Origin: Trueperaceae bacterium
GTDB taxonomy: Bacteria > Deinococcota > Deinococci > Deinococcales > Trueperaceae
DNA length: 64,000 nt
Direction of reading: 5' to 3'
Assembly (NCBI GenBank): GCA_965214405.1
Contig: OZ243956.1
Location: 3,776,001 to 3,840,000 of the forward strand
Positions 19,311 to 30,040 of this stretch are shown one piece after another. Under the pieces are notes generated by a model that saw nothing but the letters and a program-made list of their open reading frames with translations, was not told where the DNA came from and ran no database searches. A program made the translations under genes and the position numbers. Positions within the stretch are counted from its first letter, which is position 1, and each line of letters opens with the position of its first letter.

Positions 19311-19891
19311 CCGTCTACTGGCTCGCGCTCGTTTTGCTCGATCTCTTGCACACCCGGCTGGGCCTCCTGCCCGGCCCCGGTCGGCTCGACGCCTACCTCC
19401 TGTCCCCCCCGACGGTCACGGGGATGGTCACGGTGGACGCGCTTTTGGCGGGCGATTGGGAGGTGTTTGTGGACGCGCTGCGCCACCTCCTTTTGCCCGC
19501 CATCGTCCTGGGCGCGTTTTCGACGGCGCTCTTGGCGCGCATGGTGCGAAGTGCGATGCTCGAGGTTTTGTCCCAAGACTATATCCGCACCGCCAGGGCC
19601 AAGGGCGCAAGAACCCCGCGCGTCGTCTTTAAGCACGGGCTGCGCAACGCCGCCTTGCCCATTCTCACGGTGCTGGGTAGCCTTTTGGGCAGTTTATTAA
19701 CGGGCGCGGTGCTGACCGAGACGATTTTTTCCTGGCCCGGCATCGGCTCGTACGCAACCGCGAGCGCCATCGGCTTAGATTTTCCGGCGGTGATGGGTGT
19801 GACGCTCGTTGCGGGGCTCGCCTACGCGCTCATCAACCTTGTGGTGGACCTCCTCTACGCCGTATTCGACCCAAGGATTTCCTACGCGTGA
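19311..19891 (+). pseudogene. Peptide ABC permease (DppB-like), 5'-truncated
   Basis: Only the C-terminal half is present: VYWLAL...DYIRTARAKG...ETIFSWPGIG...DPRI. Confidence 0.85.
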
Positions 19892-19951
19892 GGCTGCATG
19901 TGAGACCGGGCATAGGACCGGGTACGAGACTGGCTATGAAACGGGGACGGC

Positions 19952-20827
19952 GTGACCCTATCTGGCGTTCGTAAGGGATTACGGGGCGCTTTTGGGGGCA
20001 AGACCGCGCGCCGCTTTTTGCGTAATACCGGCACGCTGGTGGGGGGCACGCTCGCGCTTCTGCTCGTGCTCCTGGCGCTCGCCGCGCCTTTGTTAGCGGG
20101 AGACCCGCTGGCGCAGAGTTTGAGCGAGCGTTTGCAGGCACCGAGCGCGTCGCACCTTTTCGGCACCGATCAACTGGGCCGCGATGTGCTCTCACGAACC
20201 CTCTACGGCGCACGCATCTCCCTAGCGCTGGGCTTTTTGGTCGTGGCGCTGTCCGTGACCGTGGGTTCGCTCGTAGGGCTGGCGGCGGGGCTCTTGGGGG
20301 GCGGCTGGGACGACCTGCTGATGCGCCTCACGGATATCTTTCTGGCTTTCCCGGCGCTCATTCTGGCGATGGCGATCTCGGCGGCGCTGGGGCCAAGCCT
20401 CACCAACGTGATGATCGCGGTGGCGGCGGTGTCGTGGCCCGCCTACGCGCGGCTCCTGCGGGCGCAGGTGCTGGCGGTCAAGCACGTTGAATTTGTGGAC
20501 GCGGCGCGGGCGCTCGGCGCGCCCGCGTGGCGGCTCGCGCTCAGGCACCTCCTGCCCAACAGCGTGACGCCCCTGCTCGTCCAGGGCAGCTTCGACGTGG
20601 GCGCGGCCATCCTCACGGCGGCGGGGCTCGGCTTTATCGGCTTTGGGGCGCAACCGCCCACGCCCGAGTGGGGCGCGATGGTCTCGGAAACGCGCAACTT
20701 TATCACCGAAGCGCCCTGGGCTTCGGCGGCCCCCGCGCTCGCTATTTTGCTCACCGTGCTGGCGTTTAACCTGTTGGGTGACGGTCTGCGCGACGTGCTC
20801 GACCCGCGGGGAGACTCGAGGCTTTAG
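19952..20827 (+). CDS. Peptide ABC permease (DppC-like)
   Basis: HLFGTDQLGRD, EFVDAARALGA, HLLPN, PEWG. Confidence 0.93.
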   Translation: MTLSGVRKGLRGAFGGKTARRFLRNTGTLVGGTLALLLVLLALAAPLLAGDPLAQSLSERLQAPSASHLFGTDQLGRDVLSRTLYGARISLALGFLVVALSVTVGSLVGLAAGLLGGGWDDLLMRLTDIFLAFPALILAMAISAALGPSLTNVMIAVAAVSWPAYARLLRAQVLAVKHVEFVDAARALGAPAWRLALRHLLPNSVTPLLVQGSFDVGAAILTAAGLGFIGFGAQPPTPEWGAMVSETRNFITEAPWASAAPALAILLTVLAFNLLGDGLRDVLDPRGDSRL

Positions 20828-20920
20828 GGGTGGTGATGTGTAAGACGCTTGTAGAGCGTGCAAACGTGGGAAGCAGGGGGGTGGAGGGGTGGGAGGAAAG
20901 CGTCTCTGCGTCTTTGCGGC

Positions 20921-21508
20921 TTAGCGGGGGTGCCCCTTAAGCTCCAGCCCCATCACCCGCGTCGGCACCGTCGAGCCCGGAAACCGGAAGTCGCGCAAAA
21001 GCGTGGTCCAACCGCGCTTTCTGTAGAGCGCCAGCGCGGTCGTTTCCGCGTCGATGGTCGAGAGCAGCGCCCGGCGGTACGGGAGGCTAGGATGAGAGAA
21101 GCTGCGACGCGAGACCTCTTGCAGCAGCGCGTCGTGGAGCCTTCCCCCAAAACCCTGACCCTGGGCGGCGGGGTCCACGGCGAGTTCGACTATCTCGAAC
21201 GCGTGTTCCAACCAAGCGGCTTTCGGACTCTCCCCCAACGCGCGCGCTACCGCGTCGTGCCACCACCCACCGCGTTTGCTCGCGTAGCCGTAGATAAAGC
21301 CGAGCACCATACCCTCATCCTCAACCACAAAACCCCGAAACCCCGCGTACCCCTTGTGCTTGACGAGCTGCCCCTCGAACCAGCTCGAGTCGCGCGCCGT
21401 GCGGTTGTAGGGCGGCGGGGCAAAGGCGGCGGCGTAGACGCGTTTCAAGCTCTCCCTGGTCGCCTTGTGTGAAAGGTCCGCGCGCGCGAGGGGGTGCAGG
21501 GTGTTCAC
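20921..21508 (-). CDS. GNAT N-acetyltransferase
   Basis: ELAVDPAAQGQGFG, LYRKRGW. Confidence 0.85.
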   Translation of the reverse strand: MNTLHPLARADLSHKATRESLKRVYAAAFAPPPYNRTARDSSWFEGQLVKHKGYAGFRGFVVEDEGMVLGFIYGYASKRGGWWHDAVARALGESPKAAWLEHAFEIVELAVDPAAQGQGFGGRLHDALLQEVSRRSFSHPSLPYRRALLSTIDAETTALALYRKRGWTTLLRDFRFPGSTVPTRVMGLELKGHPR

Positions 21509-21698
21509 GCGAATGCTCGAGAGCCTTTAACGCTAAAAGAAGACGGTGTGACGCGCATGATGTATAGCTTTATGCCGGTCTCGTCACCGACGCAAAAATA
21601 GTTGAAGCACATCATGTGGGACATCTTCCAGAAAACCCTTTCAAAAGAAGAAGCCTCCAACCCTTACGGCAGGAGGCCATCGCTGGTTTTGGGTAAAG

Positions 21699-21950
21699 TT
21701 AGCGTCTGACGGCTTTGACAATGGCGAGCAGAATAACCGCGCCAACCACGGCCACGATGATGCTCCAGATATTAAATCCGGTTGCGCCTTGCACGCCAAA
21801 AAGGCGAAACACGAAGCCCCCGATAAAGGCTCCCACGATGCCGACCACAATGTCGAGCAAGCAGCCCTGCTCCTGATTGGTCTTCATGATAAGGCTGGCA
21901 ATCCAACCCGCGAGCGCGCCGAGAATAACCCACAAGATGATGTTAATCAT
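21699..21950 (-). CDS. GlsB/YeaQ/YmgE family membrane protein
   Basis: IILGALAGWIA, IVVGIVGAFIGG, AVVGAVILL. Confidence 0.92.
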   Translation of the reverse strand: MINIILWVILGALAGWIASLIMKTNQEQGCLLDIVVGIVGAFIGGFVFRLFGVQGATGFNIWSIIVAVVGAVILLAIVKAVRR

Positions 21951-22042
21951 GTTTACCGCTCCTCCCTTCTAAAGTACCCTCACCCCAATGTAACATAGTT
22001 CACGTAGCGGAGGAAGCTTCACATCACGCCTGGATAGAAGCG

Positions 22043-22333
22043 TCAGGCGTCGCGGTTCACCAGTTTGAAAAAGCGACTCTCTTCGCCCTCTTTGGTGGTT
22101 TGCTGGTACAAAAAGGCGAGCTTGCTGTCTTCAAATGTCTTGAAAAACTCGTCCCAACTTATGTCTTCTAGACCCTCATCGTCGCCGCCGAAGTCGAGGC
22201 GCAGTATGCCCGCGTCGTCGCCCTCTCCGTTGGTCTTTGTGGTACTCGCCACGGTTGCGGGGCTACCGCCGCGCGCTTCGGCCCATTTGCGGATGGTGTC
22301 GTGGTCGGTGGTGGTGTGACTTTCGCCTGCCAT
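22043..22333 (-). CDS. Conserved hypothetical protein
   Basis: [17 protein letters not shown]...ISWDEFF...SRFFKLV; GGAGG SD. Confidence 0.8.
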   Translation of the reverse strand: MAGESHTTTDHDTIRKWAEARGGSPATVASTTKTNGEGDDAGILRLDFGGDDEGLEDISWDEFFKTFEDSKLAFLYQQTTKEGEESRFFKLVNRDA

Positions 22334-22650
22334 CGTGCCTCCCCTGTTATGCGTTGCGGTTGCTTAGATCCCTTACGCGTCCTGGCCTCGAGCCCGCCCC
22401 GTGCAAACACTCGACTGTACCAACTTCAAAAATGTCCTTTTTCTTTTCTTACGTCTTTAGTGAACCTTACAAAGTTTGGTCTCACAGAGTAGGGGACGAG
22501 GCTCTGAACCTCGTCCCTTAACAAAGAACAGAAAGTGCAGAAGAGGCTGAGACTACGCCGTCCCCGCTGACCCACCACGCTCTCTCCGGGCAAGCCTGCC
22601 CTTTCTGGTTGCGCTTCCCGCCGTGGCCCCGCCCGTTATGATAGGCCGAT

Positions 22651-24129
22651 ATGAACGAACTGCTTAAAGGAGCGCGCGTGAGCCGCGACCGTCTGTTGAT
22701 TTTGGACATCGGCTCCTCGAGCGTCCGCGCCTCGCTCTATAGAGAAAATGGGGAGGCGCTGCCGGGCCGCGAGGCGCGCACGCCGCAGCGGTGGCGGCGC
22801 GACGAGGAGGGCGAGGGGGTCTTAGACGCTAGCGCGCTGCTGGCGGCGGTGGCGGGGGTGGTGGACGAGATTTTGGCGGGGTTGGGGCCTGACGAGCGCG
22901 TGGTGGCGGTGGGCGCGGCGACGCTCGCGGGAAGTCTTGTGGGCTTGAACGCGGGGGGCGAGGCCGTGACGCCCATTTACACCTACGCCGACACCCGCAG
23001 CGGGGCGGCGGCTTCACGCCTTGCGGCGCGTCTGGAAAATCCGGGGGAGGTCATGCAAGAGACCGGCTGCCCCTTTCACGCGGCGTACTGGCCCGCGCAG
23101 CTCGAGCACCTGTCAACCCGCACTGAACGCGTTGCGAGCGTGGTGCGCTGGTGCGACCTCAGCAGCTTTCTCTACGGTCGCTTATTCGGGACGCCCCAAC
23201 CAATGAGCCTGTCGGTGGCCTCGTGGACGGGGCTGTTAAACCGCTTTGAGAACGCCTGGAGCCGGACGCTGCTCTCGGCTCTTTCGTTAAGCGCCGCGCA
23301 CCTCCCCGAACTTGTCGACGTTAACGACGCCGCGCGGGGGCTCGCCCCCCAATGGTCTAGGCGCTGGCCCGCGCTCCGGGGGGCGGCTTTTCATCCCGCC
23401 CTGGGCGACGGCGCGGCGGCCAACCTGGGCAGCGCCGGGTTTTCGGACGACGCGCTGGTGGTGACGATCGGCTCGACGAGCGCCGCGCGGGTCACGGTGC
23501 GGGGGACGCCGCCGCGACCGCGCGGGGGCTGGGCCTACCGGGTGGACGCGGCGCACAGCCTCCTGGGCGGCGCGCTTAGCGAAGGCGGCAGCGGTTACGC
23601 CTGGTTAAGGGCGCGGCTCAGGCTGCCGCCCGAGGGGGAACTCGAGGCCCTCCTCGCCGCCTTGCCCCCCGCCGCGCACGGCCTCACCGTGTTGCCGCTC
23701 CTACGCGGCGAGCGCGCGCCCGGCTGGCGGGCGGACGCGACGGGCGCGCTTGTGGGTCTGCGCGAAGAAACGAGCGCGGTGGACATCGTGCGTGCTTGGC
23801 TCGAGGGGACCTCCTACCGCTTAGCCGAGGTGGTCGAACGTTTGCCCGAGCGCCCCCGCATCGTCGCGTCGGGGGGCGCGCTGGGCGCGTCGCGGGTGTG
23901 GCAGGGGATTCTCGCGGACGTGCTCATGAAACCCCTCTTTCCCGTGGCCGACGCCGAGGTGACGAGCCTGGGCGCGGCTTTCGCCCTCGCGCGCGCCCGC
24001 AATAGGCATCCCACGCCCAGCGCGCTCGCGGCACCTGTCGAGCCAAACAAGGACCATCACGATATCTACCGGGAGGCTCGAGCGGCGCAGCGCGCCCTCT
24101 ACGCGCTCCGCTACGGCGACGGGAGGTAG
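22651..24129 (+). CDS. FGGY-family sugar kinase (gluconokinase-like)
   Basis: LDIGSSSVRA, GDGAAANLG, GERAPGW. Confidence 0.88.
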   Translation: MNELLKGARVSRDRLLILDIGSSSVRASLYRENGEALPGREARTPQRWRRDEEGEGVLDASALLAAVAGVVDEILAGLGPDERVVAVGAATLAGSLVGLNAGGEAVTPIYTYADTRSGAAASRLAARLENPGEVMQETGCPFHAAYWPAQLEHLSTRTERVASVVRWCDLSSFLYGRLFGTPQPMSLSVASWTGLLNRFENAWSRTLLSALSLSAAHLPELVDVNDAARGLAPQWSRRWPALRGAAFHPALGDGAAANLGSAGFSDDALVVTIGSTSAARVTVRGTPPRPRGGWAYRVDAAHSLLGGALSEGGSGYAWLRARLRLPPEGELEALLAALPPAAHGLTVLPLLRGERAPGWRADATGALVGLREETSAVDIVRAWLEGTSYRLAEVVERLPERPRIVASGGALGASRVWQGILADVLMKPLFPVADAEVTSLGAAFALARARNRHPTPSALAAPVEPNKDHHDIYREARAAQRALYALRYGDGR

Positions 24130-24259
24130 TGGGAATGGTAGGCGACGCTTCTTGACAGTTCTTCGCTTTGCCGCCTAGACTTGGACAAGCGTTTAACAGG
24201 TTGGGCGGAGGCGGGAGAGACGACGCTTTTCCAAACCGCACCAGCCTAAAAGGAGGAGT

Positions 24260-25561
24260 ATGAAGAGATTGTACATCGTGGTAGCGTTGGTCGTTTTGCT
24301 CTTCATGGGCAACGTGAGCGCGCAAGACAGCGCGCAAGATTTCGACTGGCGGCGCTTTGAGGGCACCGACATCCGCTTTCTCATGAACCGTCACCCCTTC
24401 ACCGAGTTTCTCGAGCCGCTCGTGCCCGAGTTTGAAGAACTCACGGGCATCAACGTGACCTTAGAGGTTTTCCCCGAAGACCAGTTCCGGCAGCGCCGCC
24501 TTTTAGAGGCGAGTTCGGGCGCGAACACGCTCGACGGCTACATGATCATGCCGGGACAGGTCGGCGCGCAGTACCTGGGCGCGGGCTGGGTGCGCTACAT
24601 CGACGACTTTGTGGACGACCCCTCGCTGACCATGCCCGACCTCGATTTGGAAGATTTCTACAACGGGGCCATCAGCACCTTCCGCAACGATGACCGGCTC
24701 TTCGGGCTGCCCCTACAGATCGAGTCGAGCCTGCTCTTCTACCGCGAAGACTTGCTCCAAGCGGCGGGCTTAGAGGGTCCCCCCGAGACGATGGAAGAAC
24801 TTCGCCAGTATGCGGACACGCTCAACACAGACGGGGTCGCGGGCTTTGCCGCGCGCGGCAAGGGAGCCTCAGCCACGAGCCAGATTGTGAACTTCTTATA
24901 TTCCTACGGCGGCCAGTGGCAAAACGAGGACGGTACCTCGGCGTTGGGTAGCGAGGCGAGCCAAGAAGCGCTCACCGCCTACGCCGACCTGCTCCGCGCG
25001 GACGGCCCGCCGGGCGTGACCAACATGTCCTGGCCCGAGGTCACGAGCCTCTTCGCGCAGGGTCAGGCGGCGATGATTTTTGACGCCAACGTGTTCCGCT
25101 CCATCATGGAAGACCCCGAGCAGTCGATCGACGTGGTCCGCGAAAACGTCGGCTACGCGCCCGTGCCCGCGGGTCCGGCGGGCCGCGTGCCCGCGGTGCT
25201 CGTCTGGGGCATGAGCGTCAACGAGGCCTCGGAAAACCCGGAGGCCGCCTGGTACTTTATCCAGTGGGCCTTGTCCAAAGAGAACCAGCTCGAGGCGCTC
25301 CTTAGCGGCGTGCCCGCCGCGCGCGCGTCCGCTTGGGAAAACGCGGAGTTTCAAGCCTCCGCGCCCGCCGACTGGATCGCGGCCTCGCAAGAATCTTTTA
25401 GCGTCGGCCAGCCCGACTGGAACCCCCCGGTGGTGCCCGTGCCCGAGGTGCGCGACGCCTACGGTCAGGCCATCGTCGCCGCCCTGCAAGGACAGCCGGT
25501 GGGACCCGCCTTGGAACGCGCCGCGGAGTCGATAAACGGAATTGTCGAGCGTTCGCAGTAA
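24260..25561 (+). CDS. Sugar ABC transporter substrate-binding protein
   Basis: Signal peptide; FEELTGI, LLFYREDLL, PETMEEL. Confidence 0.92.
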   Translation: MKRLYIVVALVVLLFMGNVSAQDSAQDFDWRRFEGTDIRFLMNRHPFTEFLEPLVPEFEELTGINVTLEVFPEDQFRQRRLLEASSGANTLDGYMIMPGQVGAQYLGAGWVRYIDDFVDDPSLTMPDLDLEDFYNGAISTFRNDDRLFGLPLQIESSLLFYREDLLQAAGLEGPPETMEELRQYADTLNTDGVAGFAARGKGASATSQIVNFLYSYGGQWQNEDGTSALGSEASQEALTAYADLLRADGPPGVTNMSWPEVTSLFAQGQAAMIFDANVFRSIMEDPEQSIDVVRENVGYAPVPAGPAGRVPAVLVWGMSVNEASENPEAAWYFIQWALSKENQLEALLSGVPAARASAWENAEFQASAPADWIAASQESFSVGQPDWNPPVVPVPEVRDAYGQAIVAALQGQPVGPALERAAESINGIVERSQ

Positions 25562-25578
25562 GATTGATTCACCACGTT

Positions 25579-25608
25579 ACCGCCGGATTCTGTAAAGGGT
25601 CCGGCGGT
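25579..25608 (+). other. Stem-loop between the substrate-binding and permease genes
   Basis: ACCGCCGGATTC-TGTAAA-GGGTCCGGCGGT without a U-tract; likely mRNA stabiliser. Confidence 0.55.
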
Positions 25609-25646
25609 CACTGATGTTCATGATTGGGGTTCTATGAGGGGGTTTT

Positions 25647-26516
25647 ATGAAACGCGCCACCGACTTTTTTGACCGCCACGCCCCCCTGCTCTTCCCGCTG
25701 CCCGCGGTGCTGGCCCTGCTTGTGCTTGTCGTCGGCCCGATGCTGGCGAACGCGTTCCTTTCGCTTTACGACTATTTCATCGGCGGTCAGGCGAGCTTTA
25801 TCGGCTTAGGGAATTTTACCCGCGCTTTTGAGGACCTCCGCTTTTGGAACGGTCTCAAAAACACCTTTTATTTTACGCTGCTGGCCGTACCGATACAGCT
25901 CGTGCTGGGCCTGGCTATCGCCGTACTCTTTAACCGCGACTTCCGCGGCAAGGGCTTCGTGCGCACCATCATCCTCCTGCCAATGGTGGCGACGCCTGTG
26001 GCGATCGCGCTCATCTGGGCCTTGATGTTCAACCCGAGCTTGGGCGTCTTAAACTACTTTCTAGAGTCTTTGGGGCTGCCGCGCTCCTTGTGGGTGGCCG
26101 ACGCGGCGCTTGTGATTCCGTCGCTTGTGCTGGTGGACGTGTGGCAGTGGACGCCGATGGTGGCGCTTATCCTGCTCGCGGCCTTGCAGGGGGTGCCGCA
26201 GGACTATTACGAGGCGGCGCGCATCGACGGGGCGGGGGGCTGGCAGGCGTTTTGGAACATCACCTTGCCCTCGATTCGCTCGGCCATTGTGATTGCGCTC
26301 ATCTTGCGGAGCATTGACGCGCTTAAAACCTTTGACATTATCTACGTGATTACCCAGGGCGGGCCGGGTACGGCGTCGGAAACGCTCAACGTGTTCGCAT
26401 TCAGGACCGGCTTCGAGTTTTTCCAGGCGGGTTACGCCGCGACGCTGCTCATTTTTCTGCTTTTTGTGGTGCTGGGGGTGGCGGTGCTGCTCAATATGGC
26501 GAGGAGGCGCGTGTGA
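25647..26516 (+). CDS. Sugar ABC permease
   Basis: EAARIDGA (EAA motif). Confidence 0.93.
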   Translation: MKRATDFFDRHAPLLFPLPAVLALLVLVVGPMLANAFLSLYDYFIGGQASFIGLGNFTRAFEDLRFWNGLKNTFYFTLLAVPIQLVLGLAIAVLFNRDFRGKGFVRTIILLPMVATPVAIALIWALMFNPSLGVLNYFLESLGLPRSLWVADAALVIPSLVLVDVWQWTPMVALILLAALQGVPQDYYEAARIDGAGGWQAFWNITLPSIRSAIVIALILRSIDALKTFDIIYVITQGGPGTASETLNVFAFRTGFEFFQAGYAATLLIFLLFVVLGVAVLLNMARRRV

Positions 26517-27379
26517 GTAAAGCTGTGGTGGGGGTGCCTCGAGACGCCCACACAACCAACCTCAAACGCAGGCAAGCCCTCAAAACCTGGGGCATCTACC
26601 TCTTGATGGCGCTCGTTCTCATCGTGCTGCTCTTCCCCTTCTACTGGATGATTCTGACGAGCTTTCGCAGCCAGGTGGACAACACCTCCCCGGTGCCCGT
26701 GTGGTTTTTCGTGCCGACCCTGAAAAACTACGCCAACGTCATCCAGGGCAACAACTTTTTGGAATTTACCTGGAACTCGCTCGTCATAGCTAGCCTCTCG
26801 ACGGGGCTGGGCCTGGTGTTGGGCCTCCCCGCCGCCTACTCGATCGCCCGCTTCAAGCAAAACGGCCTCGCGCTCGCCATTCTCATCGCCAGGCTCACGC
26901 CCTACATCACTTACCTCGTGCCCTGGTACTTGGCTTTTCGCGCGCTCGGGCTTATCGACACCTACCTCGCGCTCACCTTGACGCACCTCATTGTCGGGAT
27001 GCCCCTCATCATCTGGATCATGATTTCGTTTTTTGAGGACGTGCCGCGCGAACTCGAAGAGGCCGCCTATGTAGACGGCGCGAGCCGCCTGGGCACCTTT
27101 TGGCGCATCATCTTGCCCTTATCAACCCCCGGCATCGTCGCGGCGAGCATTCTTGCGTTTATCTTCTCCTGGAACCAGTTCCTTTTTTCGCTGGCTCTCT
27201 CGGGACCCCGCACCAAACCCGTGCCCGTGGCGGTCTTTAACTTTATCTCCTACGGCCAGATCGACTTCGGAGGCTTGGGCGCGGCGGCGGTGCTCATTAC
27301 CCTGCCCGTCATCCTGTTGACCCTGGTGATCCAGCGTTACATCGTCACGGGCCTCACGATGGGGGCGGTAAAGGGCTAG
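26513..27379 (+). CDS. Sugar ABC permease
   Basis: ELEEAAYVDGA, FSWNQF, GAVKG. Confidence 0.93.
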   Translation: MSKAVVGVPRDAHTTNLKRRQALKTWGIYLLMALVLIVLLFPFYWMILTSFRSQVDNTSPVPVWFFVPTLKNYANVIQGNNFLEFTWNSLVIASLSTGLGLVLGLPAAYSIARFKQNGLALAILIARLTPYITYLVPWYLAFRALGLIDTYLALTLTHLIVGMPLIIWIMISFFEDVPRELEEAAYVDGASRLGTFWRIILPLSTPGIVAASILAFIFSWNQFLFSLALSGPRTKPVPVAVFNFISYGQIDFGGLGAAAVLITLPVILLTLVIQRYIVTGLTMGAVKG

Positions 27380-27496
27380 GGAAATTTTTCTCTTCGCTCT
27401 CAGAGTGTTGTGTTAAGCTCAAAGTGAAAGATGTCTCTTGCGCCCGGTTTAATTTTTGAGAGGAAGACTCGTCTATGTTGCACATTAAGGGAAGCT

Positions 27497-28135
27497 ATGT
27501 CTGACGTGAGAATACACACAGGAACGCCTGAAGAAACGCCCAGAGAAACGCAGCGGAGCCCGCGCGTGAGCGTCTTCAGCGACGCGGCGGTCGAGACCAA
27601 AATCACGCGCGCGTACGGGGCGGCTCTCTCGTCTTTTGAGGCGGGCCACTGGGACGCGACCATCGCCGCCTGCGGCAAGGCCCTGGAGAGCATCGCCAAA
27701 AACGAACTGCCCTACAACGAGCGGGGGGGCACGCTGGGTCAACTCTTAGAAAAGTTGCCCAAGCATGTGAAGCTCGAGCACCCCTTAACCGACTTAGCCG
27801 CCGCGGTCAAAGACCCCAAGGGCCTGGGCGCGCACTTTGACCTAGAGCGCGACGCGAACGCGGACATCGCCAAGGCGACCCTGGAGCTTGTCGAGGCCTT
27901 TATCACCTACGTTTATCTTTTCCGAGACAAGGTGGCGCGGCTCAAGAGTTTGTTGGAGGACGAAACCAAGCGCGACGGGCGCGAGGAGACCAAGCGGGTG
28001 CTCGAGCGCTCCTACGGCGAAGACAAGGCTGCGCCTAAAGCCCCGGCTCCCTCGTCCGGCTTTGACAACTTTGAGGCCGACCCCTACGACATCAAAGCGA
28101 ACACCTGGAACATCAACCGGGACGACAAGCGGTAA
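27497..28135 (+). CDS. Hypothetical protein (HEPN/DUF4145-like)
   Basis: ACGKALE...LGAHFD helical pattern; family uncertain. Confidence 0.6.
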   Translation: MSDVRIHTGTPEETPRETQRSPRVSVFSDAAVETKITRAYGAALSSFEAGHWDATIAACGKALESIAKNELPYNERGGTLGQLLEKLPKHVKLEHPLTDLAAAVKDPKGLGAHFDLERDANADIAKATLELVEAFITYVYLFRDKVARLKSLLEDETKRDGREETKRVLERSYGEDKAAPKAPAPSSGFDNFEADPYDIKANTWNINRDDKR

Positions 28136-28212
28136 GGCAGTGGTAAGTGAGGAGCAGTGATGAGTGATTAGGGGGTAGTGGTTGGTTCCTGCTCTATGGG
28201 AGTAGTTCGGCT

Positions 28213-28443
28213 ATGGCCTATAAGGGTGTCAGCACCGCAAAACTTTTCGGCTGGGCGGGCCTGAACGCCCTAAGCTTCTTTGCGGTACTTTCCCTTATGA
28301 ACGGCGCTGTAACGGTGTGGATTTTTGTTCAAGCACTTTTTTATCTACCGTTGATTTTTGTGACGATGTTACTTCAGCGCCGGTATGGCCGGAGCGTTCG
28401 TAAGCGGGAGGAAGGCGTAAAGCATTGGCCTCGCCAGGATTAA
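28213..28443 (+). CDS. Small membrane protein
   Basis: Two hydrophobic segments and a basic tail. Confidence 0.55.
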   Translation: MAYKGVSTAKLFGWAGLNALSFFAVLSLMNGAVTVWIFVQALFYLPLIFVTMLLQRRYGRSVRKREEGVKHWPRQD

Positions 28444-28462
28444 ACTATTCTTCCCCGACCAG

Positions 28463-29974
28463 CTAGCTGGTTTTTGAAACTTCCTCGAGCACCTTGTGCT
28501 TCTGCACCTTGCCCAAAGCGTTTCTGGGGAGGCGTTCAACAAGCACCACCTCGCGGGGTTTCTTGAAGCTTGCTAAGTGTTCCTTGCAAAACGCCTGAAC
28601 GCGCTTGGGGCTGACCGACCCCACCACGGCTGCCACGACCTTCTCGCCCAAGTCTTCATCCGGTAGCCCGACGACTGCGACTTCGGTGACGCCGGGGAGG
28701 GTCATGATGAGGTCCTCGAGTTCTCGTGGGTAAATGTTAAAACCCCCCGAGATAATGAGTTCTTTCGCGCGCCCGCTGATGAAGTAGTAGCCGTCATGGT
28801 CCACAAAGCCTAAGTCGCCCGTGCGGAACCAACCGTCAGGGGTAAACGCTGCCGCTGTGGCTTCGGGATTGCGCCAGTAGCCCTGGGTTACGTTGGGGCC
28901 GCGAAGCCTAATCTCGCCCGTTTCTCCCTGCTCGAGCACCACATTACTTTTTGGGTCGGCGATGCGGACCTCGACGCCCTCGAAAGGCGACCCGACCGAG
29001 CCCGCGCGGCGCTCGCCCACGAGGGGATTGCCTAAGTTCATCACCGTCTCGGTCATGCCGTAGCGCTCCAAAATTCTGAGGCCAAAGGTCTGCTCGACCG
29101 CTAGAAGCGTACGTGGACTCAGCGGCGCGGAGCCCGAGACGAGCAGGCGCAAATGTGGCGGTTTTTCTCTCGTAGTTTCCGCACCCTCGAGCAGCCGCGT
29201 GTACAGCGTCGGCACGCCAAAAAACATGGTGACGCGGCCTCCATAAAGTTCATCGAGCACGTCAGCCGCGTCAAAAGCGCGTTTTAACGTGAGCGTCGCG
29301 CCCCGAAAAAACGTCCCGTGTAGCCCCACGCCGAGCCCGTGCATGTGAAAGAGCGGCAGGACGAGGAGCAGGTGGTCGTCCGCGGTCCAGCCCCAGGCGC
29401 GGGTTACGGCGGCGCTGTTGGCGAGAAAATTGTGGTGCGAGAGCGTGGCACCTTTCGAGCGCCCAGTGGTGCCGGAGGTGTAGCCGATGACCGCGAGGTC
29501 GTCACGCGCGGCGAGGGGTTCGGGCAGCGGGCGGTCTGGACCGAGCCCCGCCCAGACTGAAGCGTCCGCCTCGAGATCCCCAATCACAGCAATTTTGACG
29601 GACGTGCCGTCACGCGCCCTCTCGACCTCATCCCGCCCCGCCGCGTCAGTCAGCACGAGCCGGGCACCCGAATCTTGGAGCACGTGCCGCACCTCCCCCG
29701 CGCGGTAACGCGTATTCACCGGCACGACCACGCCGCCCGCCCAGAGCACGCTCAGGTAGGCCACGACGAAACTCGGACTGTTCCCCAGAACCAGCGCCAC
29801 CCGGTCACCCCGCCCCAGCCCCCACCCCGCCAGCCGCCCCGCCGCCACGCTCACATGCGCGTAAATCTCCTCGTAAGAGTAAGCTCGCCCCTCAAAATGC
29901 ACAAAAGTCTTATCTGGCGAGGTTTTAGCAACCTGCAAAAACGCGTGCGGAAGGGAGGGGGGAAGGTTTAACAT
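28463..29974 (-). CDS. Acyl-CoA synthetase (malonyl-CoA synthetase-like)
   Basis: YTSGTTGRSKG, ERYGMTE, FRTGD, PRNALGKVQK. Confidence 0.9.
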   Translation of the reverse strand: MLNLPPSLPHAFLQVAKTSPDKTFVHFEGRAYSYEEIYAHVSVAAGRLAGWGLGRGDRVALVLGNSPSFVVAYLSVLWAGGVVVPVNTRYRAGEVRHVLQDSGARLVLTDAAGRDEVERARDGTSVKIAVIGDLEADASVWAGLGPDRPLPEPLAARDDLAVIGYTSGTTGRSKGATLSHHNFLANSAAVTRAWGWTADDHLLLVLPLFHMHGLGVGLHGTFFRGATLTLKRAFDAADVLDELYGGRVTMFFGVPTLYTRLLEGAETTREKPPHLRLLVSGSAPLSPRTLLAVEQTFGLRILERYGMTETVMNLGNPLVGERRAGSVGSPFEGVEVRIADPKSNVVLEQGETGEIRLRGPNVTQGYWRNPEATAAAFTPDGWFRTGDLGFVDHDGYYFISGRAKELIISGGFNIYPRELEDLIMTLPGVTEVAVVGLPDEDLGEKVVAAVVGSVSPKRVQAFCKEHLASFKKPREVVLVERLPRNALGKVQKHKVLEEVSKTS

Positions 29975-30040
29975 AAGTGATTAATGGTGAGTGATGAGGG
30001 GTTAGAAAATGCTAATCACTAGCCACTCACCACTATCCAC

